64,000 nucleotides of DNA from a virus (Duplodnaviria; Caudoviricetes): positions 1 through 64,000 of the IMG/VR virus record IMGVR_UViG_3300005330_000016. One strand, 5' to 3'. Position numbers and translations under genes: made by a program. Below, piece after piece: positions 63,067-64,000 of this stretch. A model generated the notes under the pieces. That model searched no databases. It saw only the letters and a program-made list of their open reading frames with translations, and was not told where the DNA came from. Every line of letters begins with the position of its first letter. Position 1 is the first letter of the stretch.

Positions 63067-64000
63067 ATGACTACCAATCTCATGGCCGCTTCCAATCAGT
63101 GGGCTTCGCGTCCCGACGATCAGCGGTTTCTGAATCTTGACGCGCTAAGCGATGCCGTTGCCCGCCGCCGCTCGCTGAGCCACGACCGCGTACTGCGGCT
63201 GGACACGCTGAGCCTGGGCCACGACAGCACCAACAACAGGTTGTTCCTGAGCGGCCACAACGGTGCCGCCGTGAACTTCACCCATTGGAGCTTCGGGCAA
63301 CTCGCCAGTGCTGTCGGCGCTCCGGCTGCTTACATGCGCAAACTGCCTGCCGCGTTGGCGGAAGTCAACATCGAGTATGGGCTGAAGTTCAACGACGCCG
63401 GGCGTGAGGAAGCGAAACTCCTGTATACCTATGGCGAAGACGGCCAGGCCGTTGGTGAAGCACGAGCCTTCACCGGACCAACCTACGGTCGCATTTGGGA
63501 TCAGCAGATCGTGGACGCCGTGCGACGCATGAACGACGACAACCGCTGGTCAGTGCCCACGCCGTTCAAGACGGCTGACGGCTCGCGCACCAACGACGGG
63601 TTTACCGTTGACAAGCGTTCGACCACGCTCTACGCGAGCGACCGCGACATCTTCATCTTCCTAGTGGACGAACGCAACCCGATCCTGATTGACGATCAGG
63701 CTTACTTCCGGGGCTTCTACACGTGGAACTCGGAAGTTGGCAAGGCAACCTTCGGGCTGAGCACCTTCCTGTACTCCTACGTCTGCGCCAACCGCATCAT
63801 TTGGGGTGCGGCGGAAGTCGAAGAGCTTCGCATCCGTCACACGTCATCCGCGCCTGATCGGTTCATCGAAGAGGCTACGCCAGCACTCGCAGCGCTGAGC
63901 GATTCATCGCCTCAACCGATCATCAACGCCATCCGCAAGGCGAAGGAAACCAAGATCGCCAACACACCGGCGGAAGTCGAGAAGTGGCTCGCTGGCAAGG
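63067..64000 (+). CDS. DUF932-family protein (truncated by window end)
   Basis: WASRPDDQRF, THWSFGQLA, YGRIWD, LYASDRDIFIFLVD, WNSEVGK, VCANRIIWG. Confidence 0.8.
   Translation, partial: MTTNLMAASNQWASRPDDQRFLNLDALSDAVARRRSLSHDRVLRLDTLSLGHDSTNNRLFLSGHNGAAVNFTHWSFGQLASAVGAPAAYMRKLPAALAEVNIEYGLKFNDAGREEAKLLYTYGEDGQAVGEARAFTGPTYGRIWDQQIVDAVRRMNDDNRWSVPTPFKTADGSRTNDGFTVDKRSTTLYASDRDIFIFLVDERNPILIDDQAYFRGFYTWNSEVGKATFGLSTFLYSYVCANRIIWGAAEVEELRIRHTSSAPDRFIEEATPALAALSDSSPQPIINAIRKAKETKIANTPAEVEKWLAGK

Overview
This 64 kb window is a segment of a high-GC tailed dsDNA phage or prophage with siphovirus-like organisation: HK97-fold capsid, tape measure protein, no sheath gene. No integrase, repressor or lysin is visible. 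Host is probably Actinomycetota or Chloroflexota (inference). From right to left on the minus strand it carries early/replication genes (Rad52-like annealase, DnaB-N-like protein, AAA helicase, HNH, an LmbU-family regulator, two N4/N6 DNA methyltransferases) and an initiator tRNA-Met. The long late operon follows: secreted multidomain GH5 glycanase, TerS, TerL, secreted beta-helix/LamG protein, portal, Mu-F-like protein, GT4, prohead protease, major capsid protein, a GT2/SDR/GNAT/DegT sugar-modification cluster, head-tail and tail genes, several LamG/beta-helix/Kelch adhesins, GT2, methyltransferase and an 882-aa Arg-rich 14-residue-repeat protein. Main findings: (1) At least 13 near-consensus TTGAC-N17/18-TANNNT promoters, many pointing antisense into the late operon and driving leaderless small ORFs or structured non-coding RNAs. 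Twelve carry a YGCCGGCR palindrome (one imperfect) at helically phased distances. This matches the palindrome I recall for Streptomyces LmbU, and the phage encodes its own LmbU-family protein. (2) A complete 241-nt group I intron splits the capsid gene. (3) A 104-nt CCA-ended tRNA-like RNA has no anticodon loop, and two further structured ncRNA candidates are present. (4) A second ~32-bp GTTCCGGAAC-centred palindrome is repeated at least six times. All assignments come from manual motif recognition; no database search was run.
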